Source: Armatimonadota bacterium (GTDB lineage: Bacteria; Armatimonadota; Fimbriimonadia; Fimbriimonadales; Fimbriimonadaceae). From it: 64,000 bases of DNA. Each line of letters begins with the position of its first letter. Within the stretch, counting starts at the first letter, position 1. The notes below the pieces were generated by a model. That model saw only the letters and a list, made by a program, of their open reading frames with translations. It was not told the DNA's origin and did not search any database. Location of the stretch: NCBI GenBank assembly GCA_031430115.1, contig JANPAV010000153.1:19880-83879 (forward strand), in the 5' to 3' direction. Below are positions 39,601-48,823 of this stretch, one piece after another. Both the position numbers and the translations under genes were made by a program.

Positions 39601-41593
39601 TGTTGTCCTTGATCCAGCAATGCAAAATGACCGTTGGAGCCCACTCAAGTGGTACACAATTTTCCACGGAATGACAACTCAGAGCAGTGCATTCTGTTCA
39701 GGAAATACCGTCTTCGTAAGCGGTGGCTCGTTTGTGCCGTCAATACTTTCGGGATCCGGTTTCTCCTCAGATGGTTTTGTTACCGCGATTAGAACTGACT
39801 TCGACCCAAGTGTTGCGCAAAAGGCTAGCCAAGCCCACGTTCCGTATGATCCAAATCCTGCGAATTTTGTGCCGGTCAATATCATCGCCGATGATAACCG
39901 ACCTTACATGAGACAGGTTATTTCAATGGATTACTTGAGAACAGGTCCAGGTTGGGCAACAACGAACGTCGATATGTCGAACCTGTATCCAAGTCAGCTT
40001 TCAGCATGGCCACAGTTCCCACAAAATAAAGAGGAGCGAGGTCGAATGTCATTTGATGACTTCCTCATTCGGCTAAACCAGTGCACTTTAAGAGGCGGTC
40101 CGTCGGGATCACGAAGTACCAGCCGAGGTGTTGTTGGTGGCGACGGAATTTTGATGGCGTGGAACGCCAACCAAACATTCTGCTTCCGAAGAGCAAATAC
40201 TTGGGTTGCTGACGAAGGTCGAATCATTTCACTTGACCCTAGTGGTAATTCTATGTTTGATAGTTCAATTCAAACCATTACCGGAGCTACTGGTGGCAAC
40301 ACCAATGGCGCAAACTTAACCAAGTTTGATCGACCAACACGTGTTTATCCTCTGACCGATAGTGGAGACGTTCTCGTTGTTGATAGCAATCAGAACCGCG
40401 TCCTTCGGATGTCTGCTGGCGGTTCAGTTAGTAGAAATCTAACTGAAATGACGCTTGATTCAACGTTTGTTCCGGTCGGATATAAGAGCAGTGACCCCCT
40501 CACCTTCTCAAATCCTCGTGATGCAGCAACCTATGTTTCAGAAGTTGCCGCAGCAAGCAACCCGTTCTTTAATCCTCGCCCTCTAGAGTCATGGAGACAT
40601 TATTTGGTGGCAGATCAAGGAAACAACCGATTGGTTGAAATGGTTGACCGATTCCAAGTGGATCCAACTTCCGGAAACGTCATTGCTCGAATTTCTGAAG
40701 GGACTCTGCTTTGGCATTCTCCACCAGCAATTTCTGGCAAAGGCTATTCATACAACTCCCTAACTCGCGTCCAAATTGGAGCAGGAAGGTTTATTGTTGT
40801 TGCTGGTCTTGGCGGCAAGGCACCTTCGAGAATCGATTCAGGAGAGCCAAATCTTAGTTCAACTTTGATTGGCGACCAAAATCCGCTCGATCTTCGGTCT
40901 TCAAGTGTTGGCGATGGCGGAATAGTTATCTTTGATGCCGCGCTTCCGGGTGGATATCGAGTATTTAACCAGTTCAACACGCCGTTTGTGGATCATACAA
41001 GAATCTGGGACTTCAACGCTGGTCCTCAAGCTTGGTCAGTTAATCCAGCTATGGACTTGGCGCCAAGAGCTCATTACATGAGCAACCTTCAATCGGTTAC
41101 GGCATCGTTGATTCCTCCAACTGCATTGGGAGCACCACCGCAATTGGCAATCATGATTGCGGATGGCACTGGAGTTTACGAAGTGGCAACCAACTCGGCA
41201 GACCCAACGGTTCTTGACACTCGTTGGATGCTGCCAAATTGGGCATTCAGAGCGACAAGGAGACTTGGAGCTGTAGGTGGTACCCCAACTTCGAGTAATC
41301 CGCTTGGATTCTTCCCGACCTATGCCCGACGACTTGATGAAGATAACATCATGATCGTCAACGGGTTTACCGGTAAGACCATTGATCTTTCAACAAATTA
41401 CAGTGGTGAGGTTCTCCAATTTGACGGTCGTTTTGACCCGATAGCTGGTCTACAAGCACCAACCTATGTCAGCCAAGGATATTCGCTTAACACGGTAAAC
41501 CTTGGATTCAACACTCGCAGTATTAAGCTCCGATTTGGTCCAGTCGAAGGATCAAGGGGTCTATTCCTGCCCGTTTTCGCCGATCGACGATAG
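36680..41593 (+). CDS. Large secreted beta-propeller protein, PilY1-like tip adhesin candidate 1 (1637 aa)
   Basis: Sec signal (..ALSVA|Q), DUF4159-like REKLRRFVDKGGVLWID, Ca-loop DADRDGNID, PQQ-like strands (ISSSPTV, GAPVV) and NHL-like VLVVDSNQNRV and YLVADQGNNRLVE; TAATG-coupled to the PilX-like gene. Confidence 0.65.
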   Translation: MKKLLSIICLAAATALSVAQQGNAFRKVDIRAAYLHLNGDHLATGVSQSLTAPFVWFNLDSNLSVKPAGWNFYNPLAPGWLDASERPFFAARYANTPPAQAPVNKRTVRYWWVNVSELTDNDFSQLDVAVLQVTTPNLSVNPSDREKLRRFVDKGGVLWIDYTYGWLDQSQGGPISHRVYVPGLPLTTSQADYTNPLLRYPSSLTTNEVGVITIGPQYTTQPTNLFNMASSDLSTEGALPVEPLMYNIVGNNGEYGRLKFVTGAGTGLPPSTAYSKIGDGYMIITTRGVSEGLNRVGSSLNREYYAADPAGQTGGNSAATFYANTVAKFVVNAVSLSVQSTQTGSGSRKNYSAFIDTGAPLLQTWAASYATSLGTSVVSTSPKEFRPPVIYKGMTFSVSDDQVFCHDGNPKSDADRDGNIDDGFPDFNLGKEEDLIFATAPVAGGISSAVCVEVANPAGGVPQDQLMVTTSDGRLLIYPIFDPFNRRCPATEVLAPIAALSPGLGGAGALAPGEVPKAPTVHEGIAYVVDTVNAAGSFIGRVWQVNLKTLQVVRSNSAGGNAFVFGGTGNAIQRISSSPTVGYIPILDNSGGMDRVMYLPLKEQGLPSIANAGMMSVWVGAKGERPISVTSAPGIVTITTRAGNQGGLPIYMGTSGDPLAVRISLVRKTDGSVYTAAQMAALFSGGIAESQGTLTLSLAPLAVWPPVDVDPDNGVRVDYTIDWGAAFPTFSASIERGRLNFPTPNATQRSIVDGLALSPSGTVYVTSSTQNLTPAFADVNNYLGSFFAIREEGRGIFRMVYRWDLYPQHTVTLGGVTRTYPSSIPDNDPIQSLNVGGFSLAPFLGGGFRSACFQGAPVVRNGDVFVTASGSKAGSPASALLCFKDDSSAREIRFGREISSQATIVQPDFARSPDPTRPTTFSVLSPSSFRIEKEPGDVGSTIRIDNMMNTQRSQITDSISASQPIILKEQGKPDVVLDPAMQNDRWSPLKWYTIFHGMTTQSSAFCSGNTVFVSGGSFVPSILSGSGFSSDGFVTAIRTDFDPSVAQKASQAHVPYDPNPANFVPVNIIADDNRPYMRQVISMDYLRTGPGWATTNVDMSNLYPSQLSAWPQFPQNKEERGRMSFDDFLIRLNQCTLRGGPSGSRSTSRGVVGGDGILMAWNANQTFCFRRANTWVADEGRIISLDPSGNSMFDSSIQTITGATGGNTNGANLTKFDRPTRVYPLTDSGDVLVVDSNQNRVLRMSAGGSVSRNLTEMTLDSTFVPVGYKSSDPLTFSNPRDAATYVSEVAAASNPFFNPRPLESWRHYLVADQGNNRLVEMVDRFQVDPTSGNVIARISEGTLLWHSPPAISGKGYSYNSLTRVQIGAGRFIVVAGLGGKAPSRIDSGEPNLSSTLIGDQNPLDLRSSSVGDGGIVIFDAALPGGYRVFNQFNTPFVDHTRIWDFNAGPQAWSVNPAMDLAPRAHYMSNLQSVTASLIPPTALGAPPQLAIMIADGTGVYEVATNSADPTVLDTRWMLPNWAFRATRRLGAVGGTPTSSNPLGFFPTYARRLDEDNIMIVNGFTGKTIDLSTNYSGEVLQFDGRFDPIAGLQAPTYVSQGYSLNTVNLGFNTRSIKLRFGPVEGSRGLFLPVFADRR

Positions 41594-41611
41594 AGCAGCT
41601 TGAGGCCAAGC

Positions 41612-44600
41612 ATGCATAAGATGAAACTAATAGTAAGTGCACTGACAATCGGGACCGCAGGATTGGTTTTAAGCCAATCTGCAACCGACTTTCCAAACTT
41701 GAAGGGCAATAACGCTCGTACAGGTGTATCCGGTAACCCGGCGGCATCTGGACCTGGTTATTTGAACCCCCAATCCGCGATTTTACCGAGCTCGCTTCGT
41801 TGGTTCAGACCATTCGTTTCAGCGACTCCGGTTGGGTCATTGCGCCTCAATCAGATCAATCCGCTCAAGACCATCATTGATAACACTGACCTTTTTGGCT
41901 CAATTGTCAACCTAGATGTAAGCGGAAATAACGTTGGTCCCTATGATCCCCTTCCTAACGGTAATATTGCCTCTACCGGTACTTGGAACGCACCCAACGA
42001 ATTTGAGGAAGCCAAATCGCCATTTCTCCTTTCGATTCGAAGAAACATCAATCTTGGTAATGCTGTACCGTTTCGACAACGAAATCCTGGACTTCGACAT
42101 CCTGGACATTTGTGGACCCCGGCTACGGCGTCGCTTGGTGGAGTTAATCAGGATCCTCGACAAGCAATCGTCCCAGCCAGTCTCAGCACATTCTCGTGGA
42201 CATTTTCACCACGAGTGTCAACATTGGTTGGCGCAACTTACGTCGTCTCAAATGATCCGAATCCAAAGGGTTACGCGTTGTATGTCTGGATTCCGATTGG
42301 CTTAGTGTCTCCTGGCGGCGTGCCAATGCCAAGACCACGATACTGGTCATACGAAATCACTTACGGCATTGGTCAAAAGTACGTTGACGTGGTCGACACC
42401 GAAGCCTCCGGTGGCGGATGGGTTCGACTCGGAAATGGAGGAAGGCCAACTAATCAGCTATTCCAATACTCAGGGTTGAACGGAGCAAATCCATGGCCAA
42501 TCACCATCAAGCTTTTCAATACAATTTCTCGAGATAGCACCGACCAATTGACGGAAACCGTCAGTGCAGGTAACCCTGCTAGCAGGTTTGCTGTATTTGC
42601 CGACGCAGCAATGTTTTCTGCTGAAACGGACAACTATATTGCCTCTCCAACATCGGCAGGTTTTGGTGGTTTGGATATTCGAGTGACTGGTGCAATCAAT
42701 GAGAGAACTATTAACACATCGACAATTCCTTCAGTATCTTCGACCGATTTCCGAGCAAAGCCAGAAACCGTTGACAATGCCGTCGTGCGCAGTTTCAACT
42801 ATAACACCGGGCTAGAGAGATGGAAATACAGCCCGGGCGAGAATGGTTCGACATATAGCTTCGATAATACAAGTGTTCGCTTTACGCCAACTCCTGGTTT
42901 TGCCACATCAGGCGACAATCCAAATGCAATTGGAGGCAGCTACTTAAAGGCAAATGTAAATCTTGCTTCGGCGACGGAGAATGTGCGAATTAGTCCTCTA
43001 ACAGATCTTCCGGATGGCAGTTACCAAGTGTCAATGTATGTTGGTGGCGATGTTGTAGGAGGCGGACCTCCAATTAGATACGTAAGAAATGCTGAATACG
43101 AAATTTTTGAGGGTGGCGTTTCTGCAGGTCGCTTTACGATAGACATGAGTGGTCCAGCGGGCTGGAAACAAATTGGCAACCGAAAATACAATCACTCAAA
43201 TACTGGGGGATTGCAGCTATCTATTAGAATGGAAAACTACAGCGCCTTTGGAGGCGATGTAAATAGAAAGATTTATGTTGATCAATTCAGATTTGTAGAT
43301 TCCAAGGGCATCGCAATTAAATCCACGCCGGTTCATGCTCGTGCAAGAGTACGACAATCTTCTGGTGCCGCTCCAATCGAAACTAATGTTGTCATCATCG
43401 CCGATGAGGCCGGTCGAATCCACTGCCTTGACGCAGATGGAAATGTCGACGGAACTACTACCTGCTATTGGACCTATCCAAGTTTGTCAGATAACGTCAG
43501 CGATCCAAACTTGCAACCTGGTCAAGATCTAACCGACCCGAACGTCCTTGGTGTTTACCAAAGATTCGATGGTCAGCTGGATACCCTTCAAGCCCAAATG
43601 CCAGTCGATTTTGACTTGAGTACCGCTGTTGTACAAAGGATGACGGTAACGACGCCTGGCGGTCCAGTTCTTCGTGACTACTTGATAATAGGTAGCAAGA
43701 ATGGTCGCGTCTATAGCATTGCAATGGAAGGTCGAGGAGACTTTGCCGGCGGACAAGGTTCAACATTCCGTCGATGGACCTATCCGGAGACTTACCCTGC
43801 GGCAATTCCAAAAACGAGCCAGCTAGGTAATATTTCGTCGATAGTATCCGCGAATCTAATCATTGCTGGTCTTCCTACCGACGTGGTCATCGTTGCCACC
43901 GAGCAGGGAAGAATTTTCTGCATCAATGCTCAGGGAGATTTTACTTATGCAAACGGAAGCGAACTAAAAACAAACGTAATTTGGCAGTATCCCGCAGCAA
44001 ATGTTCAAACGCTTCCTGCAATCAGTGGTGCGCCAACGCTTGATGTTGCCAACAACCGATTGTTCTTCGGAACCAAGAATGAGGATGACAATGCGGCTCG
44101 ATTCATGGCATTAGATGCCAGAACCGGAGCACCCCTTTGGGGCACGCCAAACAACTCAATCGTGGATGCTTATGTCGATCCAAATGGTGCTGTTCCGCCA
44201 AAACAAATCGACTGGCTAAGTGGCTCATGTTACGTTAGTGCTGCGCAACTTAATAGCTTGCCGTCATTGGCTGGACCAATGCCAAATACGGTTTTCGCAA
44301 TGAACGAGAATCATGGTGTCTACGCAATCAACGCGGCTACTGGACAAGTCATTTGGCGAACTCAAGAGTTGCAATCTGGCGGCATTGGCTCCCTAATTTA
44401 TACCGAGATGAGAGCATATGGAGCTACTTTAGCCCTTGCCCAATTCCCGGTTATCATGGTTCCAACCGAAGGTGGCCGATTTGCTTCACTCTTTGCCAGA
44501 CTTGGTGAAGAAACGAGATTTGGCAATCGAATGGCTTGGGGCTACGATATGGGCAATCCAATCAAAGCATCGATGGCGATCTCGAACAAGTGGCTCTTTG

Positions 44601-47600
44601 GCGCTTCTACCAATGGATACCTCCTTGCTTGGTCTGATCTCGGAAACGCCGGGTCTAATCTTGGTGCAGGAGATGTTGGACCTGGAAACGAATCGATTCC
44701 GGACAATGACCCGAATTACGATAGCTACAGAAATTGCGAAGTTGCGTTTCTAAGCCCAACTGGCTTTGCAAACCTGAGGGAGACCTTAACTGGTACGACA
44801 ACGGGATCAAGAAACTATGCGCAAGTAATCAATAATGCTGCGATTTACACCAAGCCATTCGGCAAGCTCATTGCGCCTTATAGAAGCACGCATGGAGCGG
44901 CCTTTGAATGGGGTGAAACGATCTATCTTATCGCCTATAACTTCCCGTTCACGACTCAAGATACGAGTGGAAATGATGTTGCTCCTCCAGTTGTTGAAGC
45001 AACTGTGACTACAGAAGGGCGAGCGGGTCGACCAGTGGTGGCAGAAGCTCGAGTCTTTAGAGACCGAACTTCGGCTGATCCAGATGGTGGATATGCAATT
45101 TTCCAAATTCCGTTGACTGCTGGTGGCACAACGTCACAGACTCCGGGACCAGGATCAATTCGAGTTCAAATTCGAACCAGTGCGGTTAACAATAACAACA
45201 CTCAACAATCTATTTCCTTGAATCCTCAAACGACTCAACTCGACTATAAGGTTGCGAATCCAATTGGAATCTCGGTCGAAGACACCTTCCGAACTGCGCC
45301 AACCTCTTCATTGGGTGACACGATTATCCCGACCGAAGAAGATGCCCTTCTTAATGGATCGGGAACGGTTATTCCAACTCGATTGGGCGTCCCAGTCTTG
45401 GGAGACAGATTTGGAAAGTCCGCTGGAACGATTGCTCATGGAGCTTCGAAGAGTACTAATGTATTTGTATTTGATCGAAGCTTGATCACGCTACTTCGAG
45501 GAGAGAATCGAGGTCTCGAACTTGTTCGAGTTGATCGAAAAGACCTGAGGTTCCAAGGAGGTACCGCGTCGGTCGTTAAGCCATTCTCCGCAGTACCTGG
45601 TATTGGTGCTCTCTTAGGCAACTTTGAAGACCTTCCTGGTAACTTCCCTAATACGTCTCTTGACTATCCTGACGTACAGCGAGAGCAAGTCAAGGTTACA
45701 AAGGATCCTTTTGGCTTGGTCGAAAATCCGGTCTTTAGTCCAACGACCTTGTCCGGACCACAATTACCTGGTGGCGGATTTGTAACTGAAGCAAATGCGA
45801 ATACGCGATTGATTCAGCCAACTGTCTTCCAATTCACGGTTGATGTTCCAAAATATCAACCTGTAAACCTTGGCAATTTCTCCATTCCTAACCAGAATGG
45901 TGGTTTTTGGCAGGCTGGATATACAGGACGATTTACGGTGTTCGTAGATAGTGACCAAAGCGGAAGCTTCGGTGGCGGATCAAGAGAGGCATACAGGTCA
46001 TTCAATTTGGCTGCCGCCGTATCGCCAGACGAAAGAATTGAAGTTGGTAGCCCAAATGTTGATCTTGGATCATTGGCGGGTGGAGCTGGCTACGATGCTC
46101 GACTGACTTACAGCAACACGTTCCCTTATCGAACCCTTTCGCCGGCAACCTTCTTTAGTCCGTATGATCCGGTCTATACGAACATGTTCAAACCGTTTAC
46201 TGCATTCAATGAAGGAAACGTAAACTTGTTCAATGTTCGATTGGCAAAAGGCTCATACGATGTTACTGGTGGTCTCTATTGGCCATGGCAAGTACTTTCC
46301 GGTGGAAACAATGCCGATGTATGGATTGATGCCGCAACCGACGTACATTCGAACCTTGATCGACGATTTGCTCCGGAGTTCGCTCCTGGGTTCAATCCGA
46401 TTGTGGTTCAGAAGCCTAGAGTTGGCGATTCAAGAGGTCGACAAGTGAAGGTTAATCCTACGGCTCGGGTTAATCCGAACCTACCTGGAAGTGGATTCCC
46501 GCTTATCCCAGGCAACGCAAACTTGGAACCAACGATCAGTATCACTCCACCATTTGGTATGCCAATTGGTCGATACTCACAATTGATGCGCTTGGTAGAA
46601 GATACTGGCGGATCTGGCCCTGGTATTGGAATTGCTGACGAGAGTCTATCGATCGGATTCACTGCGTCATCGACCGTAGTCCCTTATGAAGCATTCAGTG
46701 ACCCAACATTCACCTTGACATTTAATGTGAAGGAAACTCAGCTCACTGGCGGTCGAAGTACTTATACTTCAGCTGGAATCCATGAAGGCAATGCGGTCAC
46801 ACCTGCGGCTCCTTCCCAGTGGTCAGATATTCAGCCTTCGGGTCTCCGAACTCAGGACGGCAACGTTCTAATGGCATTCGCTTCGAATCGGCCAAGCTTC
46901 TATCCGGTTTCAGGAAATCCAAATCCTAACAATCGAAATACGAGAATCATTATCAGCGCGATGGCTGGAAATGTTCTCGGAGCGGCAGATGGTCGAGGTC
47001 AGGATTCTCAAATCCGAGATCTCAATAAGTTCACTCCAGACGATCCGGCTAACCAGCGATGGTTCCGAAGTTTGAACTCTCTTCCGAATGTTCCAGATGC
47101 AACGATCTTTAGAAACAACCTAATAAACGGTGTAGCTGCTCCTTCAAATATTGGTGGAACGCTTACTACCGACGTATCGTACGGCAACCCAGTATGGTCA
47201 ACGAACGGCGATAAGGATCTCGGAGGGGCCGTTCAAGGTTCATCGTTCGTTGCCTACACGGGCACCGCGAAGCGGCAAACAAATACGGGAATTGTTGATG
47301 ATTCAAGAATCATTTTGACAAACGTTGATGTGAGCGGCGGAGTTGGTGGAACATTTGTACTCGATGCTGATCCACTATCGCTCAAGGGCAGACCAACAAT
47401 CATTCAAGACGGAAGTGACGTTCATATCTTCTATCCCGCTCTGAGCAATGGTGTTTGGTCGATCTATCAGTCAACCTACAATAACCTCACCGGATTTACG
47501 CTTCCTGTGATGCTGCAATTTGGTTCCGGTTTTGAATCTGTATCAAATCCAGCAGTCATCTACAGAAACGTACAACTCAATGGTGTGGCATCAACGGAGT

Positions 47601-48649
47601 TCGATCTCACCTTTACTGGTCGATTGCGAAGTAGCGGGGTAAGCGAAGTCTTTATGGCTCGACTAGACCGAAACCTTAACTATCGAACCTTTGGACAGAT
47701 CAATCCGGTTGGCGTTCCTGTTGTCCCTGGAACTCAAATTGTTGAAAATGCGGTTTACGATTCAAGATTTGGAGCGTACAGGGTCCGAGGATCAGTTTGG
47801 AATGGTCAGTTTGACATCGCAGTGAATGGCACTTCTATCCTAACCAGTGTTCCAGCAATAGATCGCCAGACGAAGCTTCAGAGTGCAACGACGATCTTTG
47901 GTGGTCGAGCAATGATTGATACTGAATTAGGAACAATCAAAATCACCGGAGCACCGCTGCCAAAAACAGCTCAACTCCAAGTGACTTATACTCCAACATT
48001 CATGAGATTGTCGGAAACCGGCATTGCAGGCTACACTAGCCCGTCGCTAGTGTTTGATAACCGACTTGAAAATTCGAACACGCGTGGAAACTATGCGTAC
48101 TGGAAGACACCTTCTGGCGTGAACGAGACCGCGGCGAGCGTCAATACGTTTGCTGACCGAATGGTCATGTCTGCGGTCAGAAGTGCAACGACTGGTGGTC
48201 AAACTGCTCGACCAGTTATGGGCACGTACCGACTCGGTGTTCGGCTGGGTCGATCGATCCTTACGAATCCAGACGGATCATTTGCTGAAACAGTTACGGT
48301 TACGGGAAATACTGGCTCATATCAAATTGATCCGGCTGCAGGTCGCATTTACTTCACGAGGTTTGATGAAGATCGTTCGATCAGAATCCAACTTGGTGGC
48401 GCTGGAAGCATTCCTGCGGTCGATGTAACTCGCCCTGTGACGTTTATAGGTGAAACCGCCGAGAACTTCATTACGATGGAGAACCCGACGAACGAGAGCA
48501 ACCTCTATATGTTCCTTGATCCTGTTGGCAATGTTGGCAACAGAAGGGGCATGATTTGGATGCTTTGGTCGAGTACTCGTGGCGGCGCGCCAAGCATCTT
48601 TATGCAGACAGTTGCCAGAAAGATCATCCCAGTTCTGCCACCAAATTGA
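41612..48649 (+). CDS. Giant secreted PQQ-type beta-propeller protein with two golvesin/xanthan-lyase CBM-like modules, PilY1-like candidate 2 (2345 aa)
   Basis: Signal peptide, DFPNLKGNNARTG, propeller repeats (ALDARTGAPLW, AINAATGQVIW, GSKNGRVYSI) and CBM-like segments (YALYVW..GGWVRLG..FADAAMF; GSYQVSMY..GWKQIG..YVDQFRF). The GAGG SD supports ATG 41612. Confidence 0.65.
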   Translation: MHKMKLIVSALTIGTAGLVLSQSATDFPNLKGNNARTGVSGNPAASGPGYLNPQSAILPSSLRWFRPFVSATPVGSLRLNQINPLKTIIDNTDLFGSIVNLDVSGNNVGPYDPLPNGNIASTGTWNAPNEFEEAKSPFLLSIRRNINLGNAVPFRQRNPGLRHPGHLWTPATASLGGVNQDPRQAIVPASLSTFSWTFSPRVSTLVGATYVVSNDPNPKGYALYVWIPIGLVSPGGVPMPRPRYWSYEITYGIGQKYVDVVDTEASGGGWVRLGNGGRPTNQLFQYSGLNGANPWPITIKLFNTISRDSTDQLTETVSAGNPASRFAVFADAAMFSAETDNYIASPTSAGFGGLDIRVTGAINERTINTSTIPSVSSTDFRAKPETVDNAVVRSFNYNTGLERWKYSPGENGSTYSFDNTSVRFTPTPGFATSGDNPNAIGGSYLKANVNLASATENVRISPLTDLPDGSYQVSMYVGGDVVGGGPPIRYVRNAEYEIFEGGVSAGRFTIDMSGPAGWKQIGNRKYNHSNTGGLQLSIRMENYSAFGGDVNRKIYVDQFRFVDSKGIAIKSTPVHARARVRQSSGAAPIETNVVIIADEAGRIHCLDADGNVDGTTTCYWTYPSLSDNVSDPNLQPGQDLTDPNVLGVYQRFDGQLDTLQAQMPVDFDLSTAVVQRMTVTTPGGPVLRDYLIIGSKNGRVYSIAMEGRGDFAGGQGSTFRRWTYPETYPAAIPKTSQLGNISSIVSANLIIAGLPTDVVIVATEQGRIFCINAQGDFTYANGSELKTNVIWQYPAANVQTLPAISGAPTLDVANNRLFFGTKNEDDNAARFMALDARTGAPLWGTPNNSIVDAYVDPNGAVPPKQIDWLSGSCYVSAAQLNSLPSLAGPMPNTVFAMNENHGVYAINAATGQVIWRTQELQSGGIGSLIYTEMRAYGATLALAQFPVIMVPTEGGRFASLFARLGEETRFGNRMAWGYDMGNPIKASMAISNKWLFGASTNGYLLAWSDLGNAGSNLGAGDVGPGNESIPDNDPNYDSYRNCEVAFLSPTGFANLRETLTGTTTGSRNYAQVINNAAIYTKPFGKLIAPYRSTHGAAFEWGETIYLIAYNFPFTTQDTSGNDVAPPVVEATVTTEGRAGRPVVAEARVFRDRTSADPDGGYAIFQIPLTAGGTTSQTPGPGSIRVQIRTSAVNNNNTQQSISLNPQTTQLDYKVANPIGISVEDTFRTAPTSSLGDTIIPTEEDALLNGSGTVIPTRLGVPVLGDRFGKSAGTIAHGASKSTNVFVFDRSLITLLRGENRGLELVRVDRKDLRFQGGTASVVKPFSAVPGIGALLGNFEDLPGNFPNTSLDYPDVQREQVKVTKDPFGLVENPVFSPTTLSGPQLPGGGFVTEANANTRLIQPTVFQFTVDVPKYQPVNLGNFSIPNQNGGFWQAGYTGRFTVFVDSDQSGSFGGGSREAYRSFNLAAAVSPDERIEVGSPNVDLGSLAGGAGYDARLTYSNTFPYRTLSPATFFSPYDPVYTNMFKPFTAFNEGNVNLFNVRLAKGSYDVTGGLYWPWQVLSGGNNADVWIDAATDVHSNLDRRFAPEFAPGFNPIVVQKPRVGDSRGRQVKVNPTARVNPNLPGSGFPLIPGNANLEPTISITPPFGMPIGRYSQLMRLVEDTGGSGPGIGIADESLSIGFTASSTVVPYEAFSDPTFTLTFNVKETQLTGGRSTYTSAGIHEGNAVTPAAPSQWSDIQPSGLRTQDGNVLMAFASNRPSFYPVSGNPNPNNRNTRIIISAMAGNVLGAADGRGQDSQIRDLNKFTPDDPANQRWFRSLNSLPNVPDATIFRNNLINGVAAPSNIGGTLTTDVSYGNPVWSTNGDKDLGGAVQGSSFVAYTGTAKRQTNTGIVDDSRIILTNVDVSGGVGGTFVLDADPLSLKGRPTIIQDGSDVHIFYPALSNGVWSIYQSTYNNLTGFTLPVMLQFGSGFESVSNPAVIYRNVQLNGVASTEFDLTFTGRLRSSGVSEVFMARLDRNLNYRTFGQINPVGVPVVPGTQIVENAVYDSRFGAYRVRGSVWNGQFDIAVNGTSILTSVPAIDRQTKLQSATTIFGGRAMIDTELGTIKITGAPLPKTAQLQVTYTPTFMRLSETGIAGYTSPSLVFDNRLENSNTRGNYAYWKTPSGVNETAASVNTFADRMVMSAVRSATTGGQTARPVMGTYRLGVRLGRSILTNPDGSFAETVTVTGNTGSYQIDPAAGRIYFTRFDEDRSIRIQLGGAGSIPAVDVTRPVTFIGETAENFITMENPTNESNLYMFLDPVGNVGNRRGMIWMLWSSTRGGAPSIFMQTVARKIIPVLPPN

Positions 48650-48670
48650 TATTGAACTAAAAAAAGTTAG

Positions 48671-48699
48671 AAAGCCCTGGCAAATAGCTAGGGCTTTTT
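48671..48699 (+). terminator. Rho-independent terminator ending the pilin/adhesin block
   Basis: AAAGCCCTGGC-aaata-GCTAGGGCTTTTT. Confidence 0.75.
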
Positions 48700-48761
48700 A
48701 GTGTGGTTAGTGTAAAATCCTCGCGTCAGTAGAGTTGTTACGAATAGTTATTATTTTGCCG

Positions 48762-48789
48762 TTGACAGAAGTCGACGAGGAATGATACT
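48762..48789 (+). promoter_or_regulatory. Sigma70-type promoter for the pilMNOP-secretin operon
   Basis: TTGACA (48762-48767), 16-nt spacer, GATACT (48784-48789), 34 nt before the pilM ATG. Confidence 0.55.
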
Positions 48790-48823
48790 ATGAGTCGCCT
48801 CTGCAGCGGCAGGTTTTGCGTCT

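Noticed and set aside
29008-48649. Prophage tail or contractile injection system
   Set aside because: All genes have pilin or Sec leaders; no terminase, capsid, sheath, tube or integrase is recognisable.
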